Shown here: positions 1 through 12,700 of the stretch, one piece after another
How the letters are laid out: the number at the start of each line of letters is the position of its first letter
Numbering within the stretch: the first letter of the stretch is position 1
DNA from: Octopus bimaculoides
Taxonomy: Eukaryota
Length of the DNA stretch: 64,000 nucleotides
Reading direction: 5' to 3'
NCBI RefSeq assembly: GCF_001194135.2
Contig: NC_068983.1
Span: 85,640,316-85,704,315, forward strand
Made by a program: the position numbers and the translations under genes
Notes under the pieces: model-generated
Told to the model about the DNA's origin: nothing
The model's database searches: none
Seen by the model: the letters and a program-made list of their open reading frames with translations, nothing else

Positions 1-1236
1 CAAAGCCACAAGTTTTATGGTTGGTGTTTGCTGTGAACACAAACTGCACTGCTTATGCAAAGGACATAAAAGACTGTATTGTTTGTAAACTAACGCTGTT
101 GCTCCTTTGTGTTGATCAGATGTGATGCGTGTGAGTGCTCTGAATATATTTGTGCATCACTTTGCCTTTTTTGCTGTATGTGAATGTTGTAGAAGTACTG
201 AATAAAACTCTTAATATTCTTTTCTTATATGAGTGCATAGAATTTTTATTTCGTGACACATGATAGTTCATACCATTTGATGATCTCTCATAGAACTGAT
301 CCACTTCGGAATTATCTTAGCCACAGATGCAATGAAATGGTGGTGACAAGATACAAACAACCATTCTTGGTTTGTTATCCATTACCACATCAGCAAAACC
401 ATTTTTGCACTCTGTAATTTTCTACATTGATATTTAATTGAACACTAAGATGACAGAACATTAACAAACTTGACCAAAGAGTCTTCTAATGACTGACATT
501 ATTGAGCTGGATTTTCTTAAATATACCTGTTTTCTGTTAAATGCAAATTCAAGGTCTTTATCAACGGTATTAGCATAGTAACACAGATACACAAGTAAAT
601 TATCTTGAACATGGAATCAAAAAACAAGTCAGGCTATATATAGAGGGGGGGGGTAAAGATCTTTGAACATAAATCAACATAAATCTAATACATAATTACT
701 TTTCATTTGTTATTTATTTCTAGTTAATGTTTTTTCAAGTTATTTGTCAAGAAGGGTAGCATCTCTACAATGAAATTAACAGTGGATTTAAACAAACTTG
801 CCTACCCACTCAGTAGAAATATTCCAATCTTCTTACTGAAGCATAAACAGGTAGAAATACAACAACTGATATCCAAATGAGATGAGAAGTGATATCCATC
901 CAACTTCTAGTAACAAAGTAACACATAATTTTATTATATCAAAATGGCCCAAAGTGAGCAGGTTAAAATGACTAAGTTACCATCAGATATAAACAAAGAC
1001 TAAAAGTGAAGAAACTATGAAGTTAATAGTTTGTTTCAAAAATAAGAATGGAGAGACAGAATCCAAAATAAAACTTTAAAAAAAAAATGAACATAGACCT
1101 ACAACCAACGTTAGTTTCTAAACAAAGGAAAAGCACTACAGAATTAAAACGCTACTTACAGTTTAGCAGAGTATCCCAGAAGTGATACAAAAACTAAGGA
1201 AACTGATCTCACATGGATACCAATCTTTTGTTATGC

Positions 1237-1237
<1 letters not shown>

Positions 1238-1291
<54 letters not shown>
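1238..1291. repeat. (GT)n microsatellite
   Basis: Pure GT run. Similar (GT/CA)n tracts at about 9688-9735, 16202-16845 (with gap), 24312-24394 and many shorter sites. Confidence 0.95.
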
Positions 1292-1293
<2 letters not shown>

Positions 1294-1459
1294 CACACAT
1301 GTACACATACCAGACAAAGAAGTGTTGAGTATGTAACAAAGAGCTCAGTATATACTCTGTACTTGTCAGTACTAGCAACAAAGAAGTTTCCAAGTAGGAA
1401 AGGGAGAATATAGCATAGATATATTTATTTATAGCAACACAACTGAACAAAGGACATAG

Positions 1460-1508
<49 letters not shown>

Positions 1509-2895
1509 ATATATATATATAATTACATAAAATTAAAATAACACCTCTTATCTTGGGTGGGGAGATGAGGTAGTGAAGTGAATAAAGAAATAAATATTAG
1601 GATGACAAAATGTTACAGAGTAACATCTGCCGGCTTTAATTGAAAAACTATCACTAATCTTTAGATAATCTTTAAAGTGTAACAGGTTTAAAGCAGGCAC
1701 ATGTGAATAGACTTCTTCAGGAAAATGTAAGCTTGTTGCCCTGCCAAAGTATAATGATACAGATTGTTTTGAAGACAAAGGGCCAAACTCTCTGAAATTC
1801 ACCAGATTGCTTTTGGTAGTTATTCCACAATAAGGTTTACTAAAAAAAAGGGATGAGAATATTATCACTATCATCGTCATTTAACAGTCACTTTTCCATG
1901 CTACAAGGGTCAGATGGAATTTGTCAGGGCAAGATTTTCTGTAGCCAATTTGGCCCTTCTCTCACCTGTTTTCCAAGCAAGGTAATATCTCACTATGGTC
2001 ACACATGTTTTGCATGGAAAACTGTAAACAAATAACATTGCTTTTAGGATAGTCTTGCTTGTTTACAACTTTCATATGATTTCGAGGTAAGGGTACATGC
2101 ATGCACACACACTCACACATTTATGCATATGTGTGTGCATGTGTGTTATATATGTATAGAAAGCTTCTTTCACTTTCCAAATTCACTTGCAAGGCTTTGG
2201 TCAGCCCAGGACTATAGAAGACACTTGCCCAAGGTACCACACAGAGTAGGGCTAACCCAAGGCCAGAGGCTGGAAAGCAAGCTTCTTATATACACATCCA
2301 TGCTTGAGCCTATAATATATTTATTTATTACAAATAATGCTTGGATATGCAAAGACAGAGGGAAAAGGAATGGGATAGAGAGAGAAGAAAAAATTTATAA
2401 AACCAAAATCTAAAATACTCCTTTTTTTTTATTTGTGCAGAGTATCCTTCAGTTTTAACCAACATCTTAAAAGATTTTTCTGAATAAAGTCCAGAAGTCC
2501 TTAGCTAAAATCCAAGGGACGTCCTTCATAAAGCCACTGCTAAGATAAAAAAGGATTAAAATCCAAAATGTTACATTATCAATTCCAAACTTATACACAA
2601 TGTCATAATTTGAGTGGACAGGAATTTGTGACATGCATACCTTTTCTCAAATGGAACAGGTTAAGGAATTAGCATCAGCCAGTAACTGAGACAGGTTTAA
2701 ATCTTTCTTATTCCACAGCTCTACAATAAAATATTACAAAATGAAAGGAAGAAAGCTGAGGGTTAGGGGGAAGGAGCACACAACACACAACAGATACACA
2801 TGCAATGCATTACAATGTGTTTGATAACAGCATTTGGTAGTCAGGTATTTCTGACTTTAGGACACTCTTCTATAGAGACAAACCAAAGCAAAGTG

Positions 2896-3045
2896 CAGGT
2901 ATGGGAAACCTTTTCCAAGAAGCGCGATGCATGAGATATGGCTCATCAAGCTGCACTGCTAAAAAAAATCCAAGTTAATATTTTGTTAGTTGCACCATCC
3001 AGAAAGTTCTGTGAGCTGCATGCATCCACAGGTTGCCCATGACAG
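2896..3045 (-). mobile_element. hAT-type MITE
   Basis: Ends CAGGTATGGGAAACC...GGTTGCCCATGACAG; near-matching 8-bp flanks GCAAAGTG/GTATAGTG; same family as 34397-34500 and 42145-42275. Confidence 0.65.
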
Positions 3046-4024
3046 GTATAGTGAGTTTCTTTCTATTACTGAAACAAGCCCAGGTGTAGTTTTGTTTCAT
3101 GGAGATACACCTGGGCACTGAGTGCTTCCACAAAGACCACAAAAATAAAGCCAAGAGCTATACACCATTAAAGCTACATACATCAAGAGTGGTATTTAAG
3201 CAAGTAAACAGTTCTTAGTATCCTATCAGAACTAAGAACATTGACTTCTCAAAAACACAACAGTTAAGCCAAGTAACTACATAAACGAATGACTATTTTC
3301 CAGCAGAATGTTAGTCAAAGCTCCTAGCAACAAATCTAATCTTTATCTCAGAGAGAGGGAGAGAGAGAGGTGGAGGAAGAGAGATGCTAAAATGAAAGCT
3401 CTGAATTAGAAAAACATTAGAATAACAGCTAAATGAGAGACAGAGAGAAAATGATTGAGCAGCTAAGACAGCTGGAGAACTGCTGTAAGAAATGTTGTCA
3501 GAGTCCATAATAAAAGATAAATAGAAAAGTCAGTGACAGTTACTACACAGATCAATACAGTTGACCAGCTAAAATAGCAGCTGACCAACAACAGAAAAAG
3601 CAGATGTTATTAACCCTGGTCAACTCTGACTGAGCAGACAAATGATCAAAGGCAGGTTTGTACACTAGGGTCTACAGTGTCAATGTCTCCAGCTATGTAA
3701 GATGATACATAGGGCTATGATGATTTGAGATAAATTTGGCTGCTACTTCAACTACAGAAAGACTGCCTTGCTGGATTGGATAAAAGGAGAATGCCTTCTT
3801 AGATTTTCTTCCCTAGTTCTTCTACAGTTAAAAACTCCACTAAACCTGAAAAAAATTTGTTTACAACTATTATGTTTGTATATTTATACTGGCCTTCATG
3901 TGTCATGCATGGAGATCATCGTCTCTGATCAAAAACATTCCAGTAGCACCCATCTCCCTCCCTCCCTCCCCCTCTCCCTCTCTCTCTCTCTCTCTCGTAA
4001 GGGTATGATTTAAGAGATCTTTTA

Positions 4025-4403
4025 TCTTTTACATGTTTCAGCCATTGCACTACGACCACGCTGAGGCACTACCTTGAAGAAATTTTTAGCCAAATGTATT
4101 ATTTTTTAAAGGCTGGTACTTGTTCTACTAGTTTCTTTTGCTGAGCCACTAAGTTATGGGGATGTAAACACCAGCGCTGGTTGTCAAGTGGTGGTAGGGG
4201 GACAAACACAGACATAAAGACACACACATATATATATATACATATATATAATGGGTTTCTTTCAATTGCTGTCTACCAAATTTACTCAAAAGGCTTTGGT
4301 CAGGCCAAGGCTATAATAAAAGACACTTGCCCAAGGTGCCCCACAGTGGGACTGAACCCGGAACCATGTGATTGGGAAGCAAGCTTCTTACCACATAGCC
4401 ATG
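4025..4403 (-). mobile_element. SINE family A (CORE-type, tRNA-derived head), full-length copy
   Basis: Reverse complement of the element at 18684-19056; contains the ACCTTGGGCAAGTGTCTT CORE-like block. Confidence 0.85.
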
Positions 4404-4819
4404 GGAGAGGGGGATCTCAAGCCCATTGAATGACCACATAAAGGTTTAGTCATTGGCTTAATTTCAGGTGATGTTAAAGTGAAGTATCTTTTGACATTAT
4501 CATTCCCAATTGAGTATCACCGTCCTTGAAAACTTATGTAAGTTCTGATGCTGTTGACCGAGATCACTGGTTTCAACAGCAATGTAGGTAACAGCTGCAC
4601 AACATGGTGAATTGAATGTTCTCAACTGGAATACTTTTGTTTGATTATCAGGGCTGATCTGAGACCTGTACACAACAACAACAACAGTTCCCTTCAGGTA
4701 AACCATGATTGATCAAAAGCATTCCAGCTGTGGTCCTCTCATCCATCATACTGTGCTGCAGTTGCTTCTATTGATGTTACTTCTTATACTAGTTGTCTAA
4801 GCAAATGTTTATTCTCTTA

Positions 4820-4849
<30 letters not shown>

Positions 4850-4851
<2 letters not shown>

Positions 4852-5070
4852 AGGTGGTAAGCTGGCAGAATCATTAGCATGCTGGGCAAAATACTTAGCG
4901 GCATTTAATCCGTCTTTACACTCTGAGTTCAAATTCCACTGACATTGACTTTGCCTTTCATCCTTTCAAGGTCAATAAATTAAGTACCAGAGAAACACCG
5001 GGGTCGATTTAATCAACTAGTCCCTTCCCACCAAATTTCAGATTTTGTGCCTTTAGTAGAAAGGGTTATT
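4850..5070 (+). mobile_element. SINE family C (GACTTTGCCTTTCATCCTT...AAGTACCAG central domain, MESC/Meta-like)
   Basis: Pol III-type head, conserved central block and (ATT)n tail. Related copies at about 10705-10920(-), 13850-13990(+), 14540-14640(-), 46725-46900(+), 49412-49625(-). Domain name is from memory. Confidence 0.7.
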
Positions 5071-5654
5071 ATTATTATTATCATTATTACTACTACTACT
5101 ACTGAGTGAGAAAGCAGTACACATCAAAAAGATGCTAGGATAGAAATATACAAAGCCCAATATATTTATCATGACTAACCATCTAATAAGGGTACACCAG
5201 GCACATGCATCACAACTATATGTGCAGAATATGGCGACCTCATATCAAGTAAACCAGCGCATGACCTTGCAAGTGAGGCCCAGTTAGAATTTTCTTTGGG
5301 TTGAGTAGCCCATCCCACACAAAAAGCCCCTGAATAAGGGTTGTTTAAGGATGATGAAATGAAACATGTTTCCAGAGGTGAATTATTCAAACTCCAAAGA
5401 ATTACTCTCAGCACATGGCTACGATGCTCCCCGACTACCCTTGCTCATGATCAGAGATGCACATATCATAAGCCATTAAGGGACATGTTCAAGTGGTTAT
5501 GGTCAAGCAACTGACAAGCAAATCTGTAGTATTAAGCAAAATATTTGCTGTAGCCTATCTTTTACACTGTTATTATTACTATTATTATTTACAATCCCAG
5601 GAAGCAGTCAGTGAACCTTCCACAAATAAATATGACCATGTCTATTTAACTTAC

Positions 5655-5716
5655 TGTATTTGTGAATCCCAACAGATGCCAATCACCAACTAAGTCACCT
5701 ACTGGAACAGGGACAA
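5655..5716 (-). CDS. Candidate internal coding exon, lipocalin-like GxW segment (VPVPVGDLVGDWHLLGFTNT)
   Basis: Acceptor TCTTATATTGACAG, donor ACA|GTAAGT; only one of three frames is open; phase 1 in, phase 0 out. Gene not identified. Confidence 0.4.
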
Positions 5717-6227
5717 CTGTCAATATAAGACCAACTACTACAACTACTATGATGATGACGATGACTACAAGAAAATTCCTTACAAAATTTGTTCATAAAT
5801 TAGCCAGACATTTATAATAAATAGCTAAACCAAGAGAAAAGGCAAGTATAGTGTGGCTCTTGTAATGTATACCACTTCCATACAGTCTATGTGTGTGTGC
5901 ATGCGTGTGTGTGTGAACGCACAAAGAAAGAAGTGAACCACTCATCTCTTTGTTTCTTACTGGGCTCAAAAGCTGCTGTCATCACTACCACTTACTACTT
6001 CCATCTAAATGAAACAAATGTATACCTCCATAAAAGAGTTCTTTTGGCTAATACTCAAATACATGTTTCTGTTCAATGTGAATAAGCCTTAACCTTCTTA
6101 CTAACACTTCAGGAACCATCAACACTCACTCACTCACATACATACATAGACAAAGACTATAAAGAAACCTCAGAAGATAATCACTATACAATACATCCTT
6201 GGTTAGTAGAAACAACAGTATCATATA

Positions 6228-7030
6228 GGCGCAGGCATGGCTGTGTGGTTAGAAGCTTGCTTCCCAACCACATGGTTCCGGGTTCAGTCCCACTGTATGG
6301 TACCTTGGGCAAGTGTCTTCTACTATAGCCTCAGGCTGGGCAAAGCCTAGTGAGTGGATTTGGTAGACAGAAACTGAATGAAGCCTGTCATACATATATG
6401 TTGTTGGCACTCCGTTGCTTATGACGTCGAGGGTTCCAGTTGATCTGATCAACGGAACAGCCTGCTCGTGAAATTAACGTGCAAGTGGCTGAGCACTCCA
6501 CAGACACGTGTACCCTTAACATAGTTCCCATGACACAGTGTGACAAGGATGGCCCTTTGAAATACAGGTACAACAGAAACAGGAAGAAAGAGTGAGAAAG
6601 TTGTGGTGAAAGAGTACAGCAGGGTTCACCACTATCCCCTGCCTGAGTCTCGTGGAGCTATTAGGCGTTTTCGCTCAATAAACACTCACAATGCCCGGTC
6701 TGGGAATCGAAACCGCGATCCTATGACCTCGAGGCCGCTGCCCTAACCACTGGGCCATTGCGCCTCCACATACATATATATATATACATATATATTTATG
6801 TGTGCATGTGTGTGTGTCTTTCTGCATGTGTTTGTCCTTCACCACCACTTGACAACCAGTGTTGGTTTGTTTACGTCCATGTAACTTAGCAGTTCAACAA
6901 AAGAAATTCATAGAACAAGTACCAGATTTTACAAAAAAAATAAATCCTCGGGTCGATTCATTCGATTAAAATTCTTCAAAGTGTTGCCCCAGCATGACCA
7001 CAGTCTAATGACTGAAACAAGAAAAAGATA
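6228..7030 (+). mobile_element. SINE family A interrupted by a family B insertion
   Basis: Head 6228-6400 and tail about 6800-7030 are collinear with 18684-19056 and separated by the 6401-6768 insert. Confidence 0.85.
6401..6768 (-). mobile_element. SINE family B (tRNA-derived), CpG-rich young-looking copy
   Basis: Minus strand starts TGGAGGCGCAATGGCCCAGTGGTTAGGGCAGC (A box) with GGTTTCGATTCCC (B box) and ends GGAGTGCCAACAA. The 3' module is shared with about 25360-25610 and 56590-56915. Confidence 0.8.
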
Positions 7031-7444
7031 AGAGAAGAAAGGTATTAAATGACAGATTTGTGCATTAAGCTTTGCCAGGTCGAATCCCGCTCGACCCATG
7101 TTTCATACACACATGATGTGTAATGAAGTACTCGTAGTTTAATGTGATCATTTTAATTAACAGCACTCACCTAAAAAAAGAAAAAAAACTTTGGACAAAG
7201 TTGAAATGTATGAAGAGAGGCACAAGTGTGACTCTGTGGTAAGAAGGTTACTTCCCAACCACATGGTTCCAGGTTCACTGCTTGGTACCTGGGACATCTA
7301 CTATAGCGTCAGGCCAACCCAAACCTTGTGAGAAGATTTGTGTATGTCATTGTTCAGTTTTATTTCAAGATTTCTTGACAACAGAGAAAGAGCTGGTTTC
7401 TAACCTAGATCCAAGGCTCCATTGGAATTTCAACATCAACAACA

Positions 7445-7757
7445 TTTTAGTCAAATGAATCGACCCTAGGACTTTTTTTTTTTTTGTAAAATCTGGTACT
7501 TATTCTATGAATTCCTTTTGCTGAACTGCTAAGTTACATGGACATAAACAAACCAACATCGGTTGTCAAGTGGTGGTGAAGGACAAACACATGCAGAAAG
7601 ACACACACACATGCACACATAAATATATATGTACATATATATGTATGACAGGCTTCTTTCAGTTTCCATCTACCAAATCCACTCACTAGGCTTTGCCCAG
7701 CCTGAGGCTATAGTAGAAGGCACTTGCCCGAGGTACCATACAGTGGGACTGAACCAT
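7445..7757 (-). mobile_element. SINE family A, 5'-truncated
   Basis: Reverse complement match to the family A body and tail. Confidence 0.8.
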
Positions 7758-8029
7758 AAAACTAGCGGAATGTTTATATATGAACGTTTTAAATGTATGA
7801 TAGGTAGAACAGGAGATGATCTTTGGTAGGCTGGTAATCATAAAAACTAACACTCTCAGCCATTGATGTATTTTTCTTCAAGGAAAAAGGAGCAGATCAT
7901 AAAGATTGTTTTTATTCTGGGTCGTCATTTGGGGCTCTGAAACTGTGAACATCTTTGAACCAATGTTCGTTCTGCTGACCTCACAATAAGCAAACTAGTA
8001 AAACAGAGTGCATCATCGTAAAGAAGAAT

Positions 8030-8627
8030 ATCATCAGAAAAGAAAGTGAAGGGAGGGGGAAATAAACGAAAAGAAATGGAAAGGAAGAAATGAAAGGGGA
8101 AGATATGGGAAGTAAAAAGAGTAAAGGAAGCGATGGAAGAAAAAGTAAGAGAATGAGAGAAAGTAGACAAAAGTAGAGAGATGAGAAATAGAGAGGAGAA
8201 AGACACAAAGATGACTAAGAAAGACAAAGGGGATAGATAAGAGTGAGAAAGAGAAACAAAGGAAAAGACAAGTAAAAAAAAAATAGATTGTGAGACAAAG
8301 GGAGCTATGGTGAGAGTAAGAAAGAGAGAGACAGAAGAAGAAAATATGGAGAGACAGAAAGAAAAAAGAAAGTAGAAAAGGTAACAAAGATAAGTAGAAA
8401 GACAAAGAAAGAAAGGGGTAGAAAGACAAAGAAAGAAAGGGGGAGACAGAAAAAAATGAACGAAAGTGATAGAGAAAGGAAAAGAGAAATAAGATGCAGA
8501 AACAAAGAAAGAGACGAAGAGAGAATGAGAGACAAAAAAGAAAGAAAGACAATGAGATAGAGCACAAAAGAAAGGGAGAGAGCAAAACAATGAGAGAAAT
8601 AGAGACAAAGAAAAAGAACAAGACAGA

Positions 8628-8669
<42 letters not shown>

Positions 8670-8679
8670 NNNNNNNNNN

Positions 8680-8717
<38 letters not shown>

Positions 8718-9300
8718 GAGAGAGAAAAACAAAGAAAGAGAGAGAGCAAAACAAAGAAAGAGAGAGAGCAAAACAAAGAAATAGAGGGAGACAAAGAGAG
8801 AGAGAGACAGACGTGCTCGACGAATAGAGAGAGGGAGAAGAAGACAAAGAGAAGGACTCGAAGAAAGAGAAAGAGAGGGAGACGAAGAAAGAGAAAGAGA
8901 GGGAGACGAAGAAAGAGAGAGGAAGGGAGGCGAAGAAAGAAAGAGGCAGGGAGACGAAGAAAGAGAGAGGGAGGGAGACGAAGAAGGAGAGAGGGAGCAT
9001 ACAAAGAGAGAGCGATACAAAGGGAGATGGAGAAAGAAAAACTAAAAAGGGAAGAAGCGAACAAAGGTAAAGGAAGACAAAGAGAGAGAGAGAAAAAAGA
9101 GATCTAACGAGGAATAGAGAAAGGAAATAAAGAAGTGGTGGAGTGAAAGACACGAAAGACTGGGAAGAGAGAAGAAAAGGAAGAGGAGAGAAAAGGAGAA
9201 AAGAAAAATACATAAAGAATTAGAGGAAGAGGGAGATAGAGAGGAGAAAGAAGAAAATTAGTACGAAAAAGCAAGAAAATGAGAGCAACAGAGAAAAAAC
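8030..9300. repeat. About 1.3-kb polypurine (GA-rich) tract with a 24-bp minisatellite at 8859-8998
   Basis: Almost only A/G on the + strand; six degenerate CGAAGAAAGAGAAAGAGAGGGAGA units; 10-N gap at 8670. Confidence 0.9.
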
Positions 9301-9686
9301 GGCGCGATTGAGTAGTCCTTTTGGTAAAAAAAACGTTTTAGTTAAAACCAGCCCGTCTTTTTTGGTATATCTACGACTACATTTATCCATCTTGTGCTTC
9401 TCTCTTGGTTTTATATATATATATATATATAACGACAGGCTGTGAATTGAGCGAACATAGCTACTACTTCTACCAGGCCAAGCGAATGCGTAGAGATTCC
9501 CTCATCATGATGTGTACGAGGAAAAGGTTGAAGAGGAGGAAAAAGAAAGAGAGAGGGAGAGGGAGAGCTGGAGGGAGAGGGAGAGAGGGAGAGAGAGAGA
9601 GAGAGTTGGAGAGAGAAAAAATGTGCAAGAAAATAAACAGAGAAAGCGAAAGAAAAAACAAATGAAGGAGAGAAGAGAGAGAGAGA

Positions 9687-9739
<53 letters not shown>

Positions 9740-12700
9740 AGTGGGCAAAAAGGACTATTCTCTATCTGTATCTATAAATAGGCGAGAGAGAGAAGGAGAA
9801 TATGCGTGCGCGCGCAGGCGAGTGAGACAAAGAGATACTCTCTTTAGATGTGTCTATAAATAGGGGTTGAATGAGAGGAGCAAATAGAGAAAGAGAGAGG
9901 TAGGTAGAGAGAGAGACACAGAGAGAAAGCAATCGGTTGCTATCGTATTTAAGATTCTGGCAATAGAAACAGCAGCAAACGCGAGTTGAACGTAATTCCC
10001 ATTCCATAAAACATTCGTTTGTTGATCACATAGATTTTGCAGACAGCCCGAGATTGTCTTCGTTAAAAAGAAAAAAAATGCTGCAAACTCATTGACATGA
10101 TATTTTGCCTTGATGAATGAATGACACAGTATGAAATCTGATGACATATAACAGTTAAATATCAACGCAATCCCAAGTCCATGAACCTGCGTTCTATTCA
10201 TCTTTGATGCGCCAAAACCGCAAGAGAAAAATGTCTTTCATTGGGTGTATATATTTCTCCAAATATAAACCCCTCATGCACACACACCTCCTGCAGAAAT
10301 TCCAGCGGTCTTATATTCATAATAGCAGGATGGATTGAGACATCTATAATATAACGTTATGTTATCTGCAGACAGATTTGAACTCACGACTCATGAGGTA
10401 GTAAAGAACCCTAGAGATTCGTAGCTATGCGAGCAGCTGTGGGAAGGGCCGCACTAGTGGTGAAAAAAAAACCGCAACTAGTGGGGCAGTTGTGCTAAAT
10501 GTTAAATTCAATGTTAAATTTGACGAGCAAACTAAAGTTTATGAATATACTACCACGAATACATACATTCCACAGAAGGGGTGAAATTTATTGTACTAAC
10601 ATACATATTCCACGATTTTTTAGACATCTGACCCACAAACTCGTTTGACCAGATCTCTGCAGACACTACAGCGCAGTATAATCGATTACTTCTAACTAGA
10701 ATATTGAATTCTAACATAGGCACAAGACCACACATAATTTTTTAGGATGAGCGTAGTCGATTAAATCGACCGAGTGCTTGACTGATATGATCTTTTCTTT
10801 TTTTTATTGATCCAGGGTGGATGAAAGAGTGGCCTCAGTGAATTTTGAACTGAAAATATTAAAGATCATAACGGAATATAGCAAGACATTTCGTCCGAAG
10901 CTTTGGCGATTCCACCCACCCAAGAAAGCCCTAGAAAAATAAAATCAGAGACCCCGCAGGAATCGGGGAATGTGTCAGCTGCATCCCGGACACTGCATTA
11001 CCGATTACAAAGTATAGTTGTTGCTTTATATCATTATAAAAACAAAACGGCTGTTGAGTCATGAGCTCCAAATCAGCTGCAAATATTTGGTTGCGTTTCC
11101 GAAAAGTTTTAACCCTGCATCGCTACAATACACCTAGCAGGTCAAATTAGATTTTTATTTTTTCTACCAGGGAAAGTCACTCGCAAAAATACTAGCGTCC
11201 TGACCAATAAACGATTAAACTTTTATCGGGTTAATGCCATCGACTGTGTGTGCTATTTTTAAGGAAGGATCGATTTATTCCTACCATTCTGAAAGAATGA
11301 AAGAAAGCTATATAACTGTGAGATACCAAACTTGCTACTATAACATGTCTAGTTTGATTATCAGTCGAAAAGCTGGAATAAGGAAGTTTCATAGCCTACA
11401 ACCATTGCATATCATTGGTGAGAGAGGGAGCATTATGAAATCGACGAGTGACTCCCAAGCTCTCGGAGCTCGAAACTATTCTCTTTCGCACGTGAAAATA
11501 GCTTAGATAAGGAATAAATTACTCGAGAAACACTATGCGAGGACAAAGTCTTCAGTGGTTATAAAAAAAATCATTCAAAAAGTCACCCCTAATAATCTTA
11601 GGGGTGACTCGTTGAATGGCGTCGATGTACAAAAACAATGATCAACTATTCAAAAAATATCAGCCATGACCCTTAATTTTTTTTTTTGTTATTTTCTCGA
11701 ACCCCTGGTTGTTGTTTAGTCCCAGACTAGCCCCGATAGTGCAAATCTGTGATCAACGGAGATTCCCACCACGACTAACTAGACCGGATTTTCTTTTGGA
11801 CTAGTATGTTAAAAAAAAAAAACACTAAATAAATAAAATGAAAGGAGGCGGGGTGATGCGACCCTCACATTTGCTACAACAAATTGTGGATCCATTTTTT
11901 CCAGAGATATTTCTTCTCGATGCGAAAGCGAATCTTTTATTTTTATTTTTTTTTACCTCCATTTACGTTTATCGGTCGTGTGAGTGTACATGTACGTGTA
12001 TCTTAGTGTATATGTCACTACCGAGGTGCAAACAAACGCAGCAGCAGCAGCGGTAGCAGTAGTAGTAGTAGTAGATAAAAATATTTTCTATCAGTCGAAA
12101 GCCATTAGTTTCATTAAAAAGAAAGGGATTAATTACTAAGAGAGATCAAATACATGAAGAGTGTCTGACGTAGAATGTGTATATGAGAGTGAGATTGAGG
12201 GAGAAGTTAAAAGAGGGGCGGGGGTATACGTGGGGGAAAAGAGAAGGCAGTGTATCTATGAAAAGAGAGCGGGTGTATTGAGAGAAGGAAGAAGATCGTG
12301 AATGAAAGGGGTATAGGGAATAGATACATCTTCGATTATTTAACCTATTATGCAATTGTTATAGAATTTCCAAGGATAACAAAACAATGGTAGTAAAACA
12401 CTCTCTCTCTCTCTCTCTCTCATACACACAAACACACAGACACAGAAATTTAAAGCAATAAATAAATTTTGCATTTAAAATATGGGGGGAAAAAATACAC
12501 GGAGTGATAAAACTGATCTCTTGTCCGAAATGCTACACGCAAATTCTGAGACAATGGCAAATTACACACACACACACACACACACTATGGAGTAAGCTAA
12601 GGTTTTTGTTTCCAAGATACAAGCTTCCGTAAAATAAAGAAACTAGCAGCAGCAATAATTTCGTTTCGTGTTGTGACAGACGCCGTCGTAGAACAAGAGG

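Noticed and set aside
1548-1880. 110-aa minus ORF with a good acceptor near 1840
   Set aside because: No recognisable family, no convincing donor; cannot be distinguished from UTR or chance.
2641-2720. Minus-strand exon-like segment (TGTAG...AAG|GTATGC)
   Set aside because: All three frames contain stops; possibly non-coding, with no further support.
4460-4530. Plus-strand exon-like segment (GDVKVKYLLTLSFPIEYHRP-stop) overlapping a minus ORF at 4500-4706
   Set aside because: Conflicting strands and no homology recognised; unresolved without RNA data.
7925-9213. Long ORFs of 300-379 aa (F/L/S-rich or E/R/K-rich)
   Set aside because: Translations of the polypurine tract; stop codons are absent only because of base composition.
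9341-9372. Motif shared in inverted orientation with about 42580-42610 (AAAAAAGACGGGCTG)
   Set aside because: Appears to be a decayed piece of a common interspersed repeat rather than a conserved regulatory site.
9854-10201. 115-aa minus ORF in the CpG domain
   Set aside because: No recognisable motif and it runs into a GA microsatellite.
11440-11480. TCGACGAG...CTCGAAAC hammerhead look-alike
   Set aside because: Lacks CUGANGA and has no stem I or stem III pairing.
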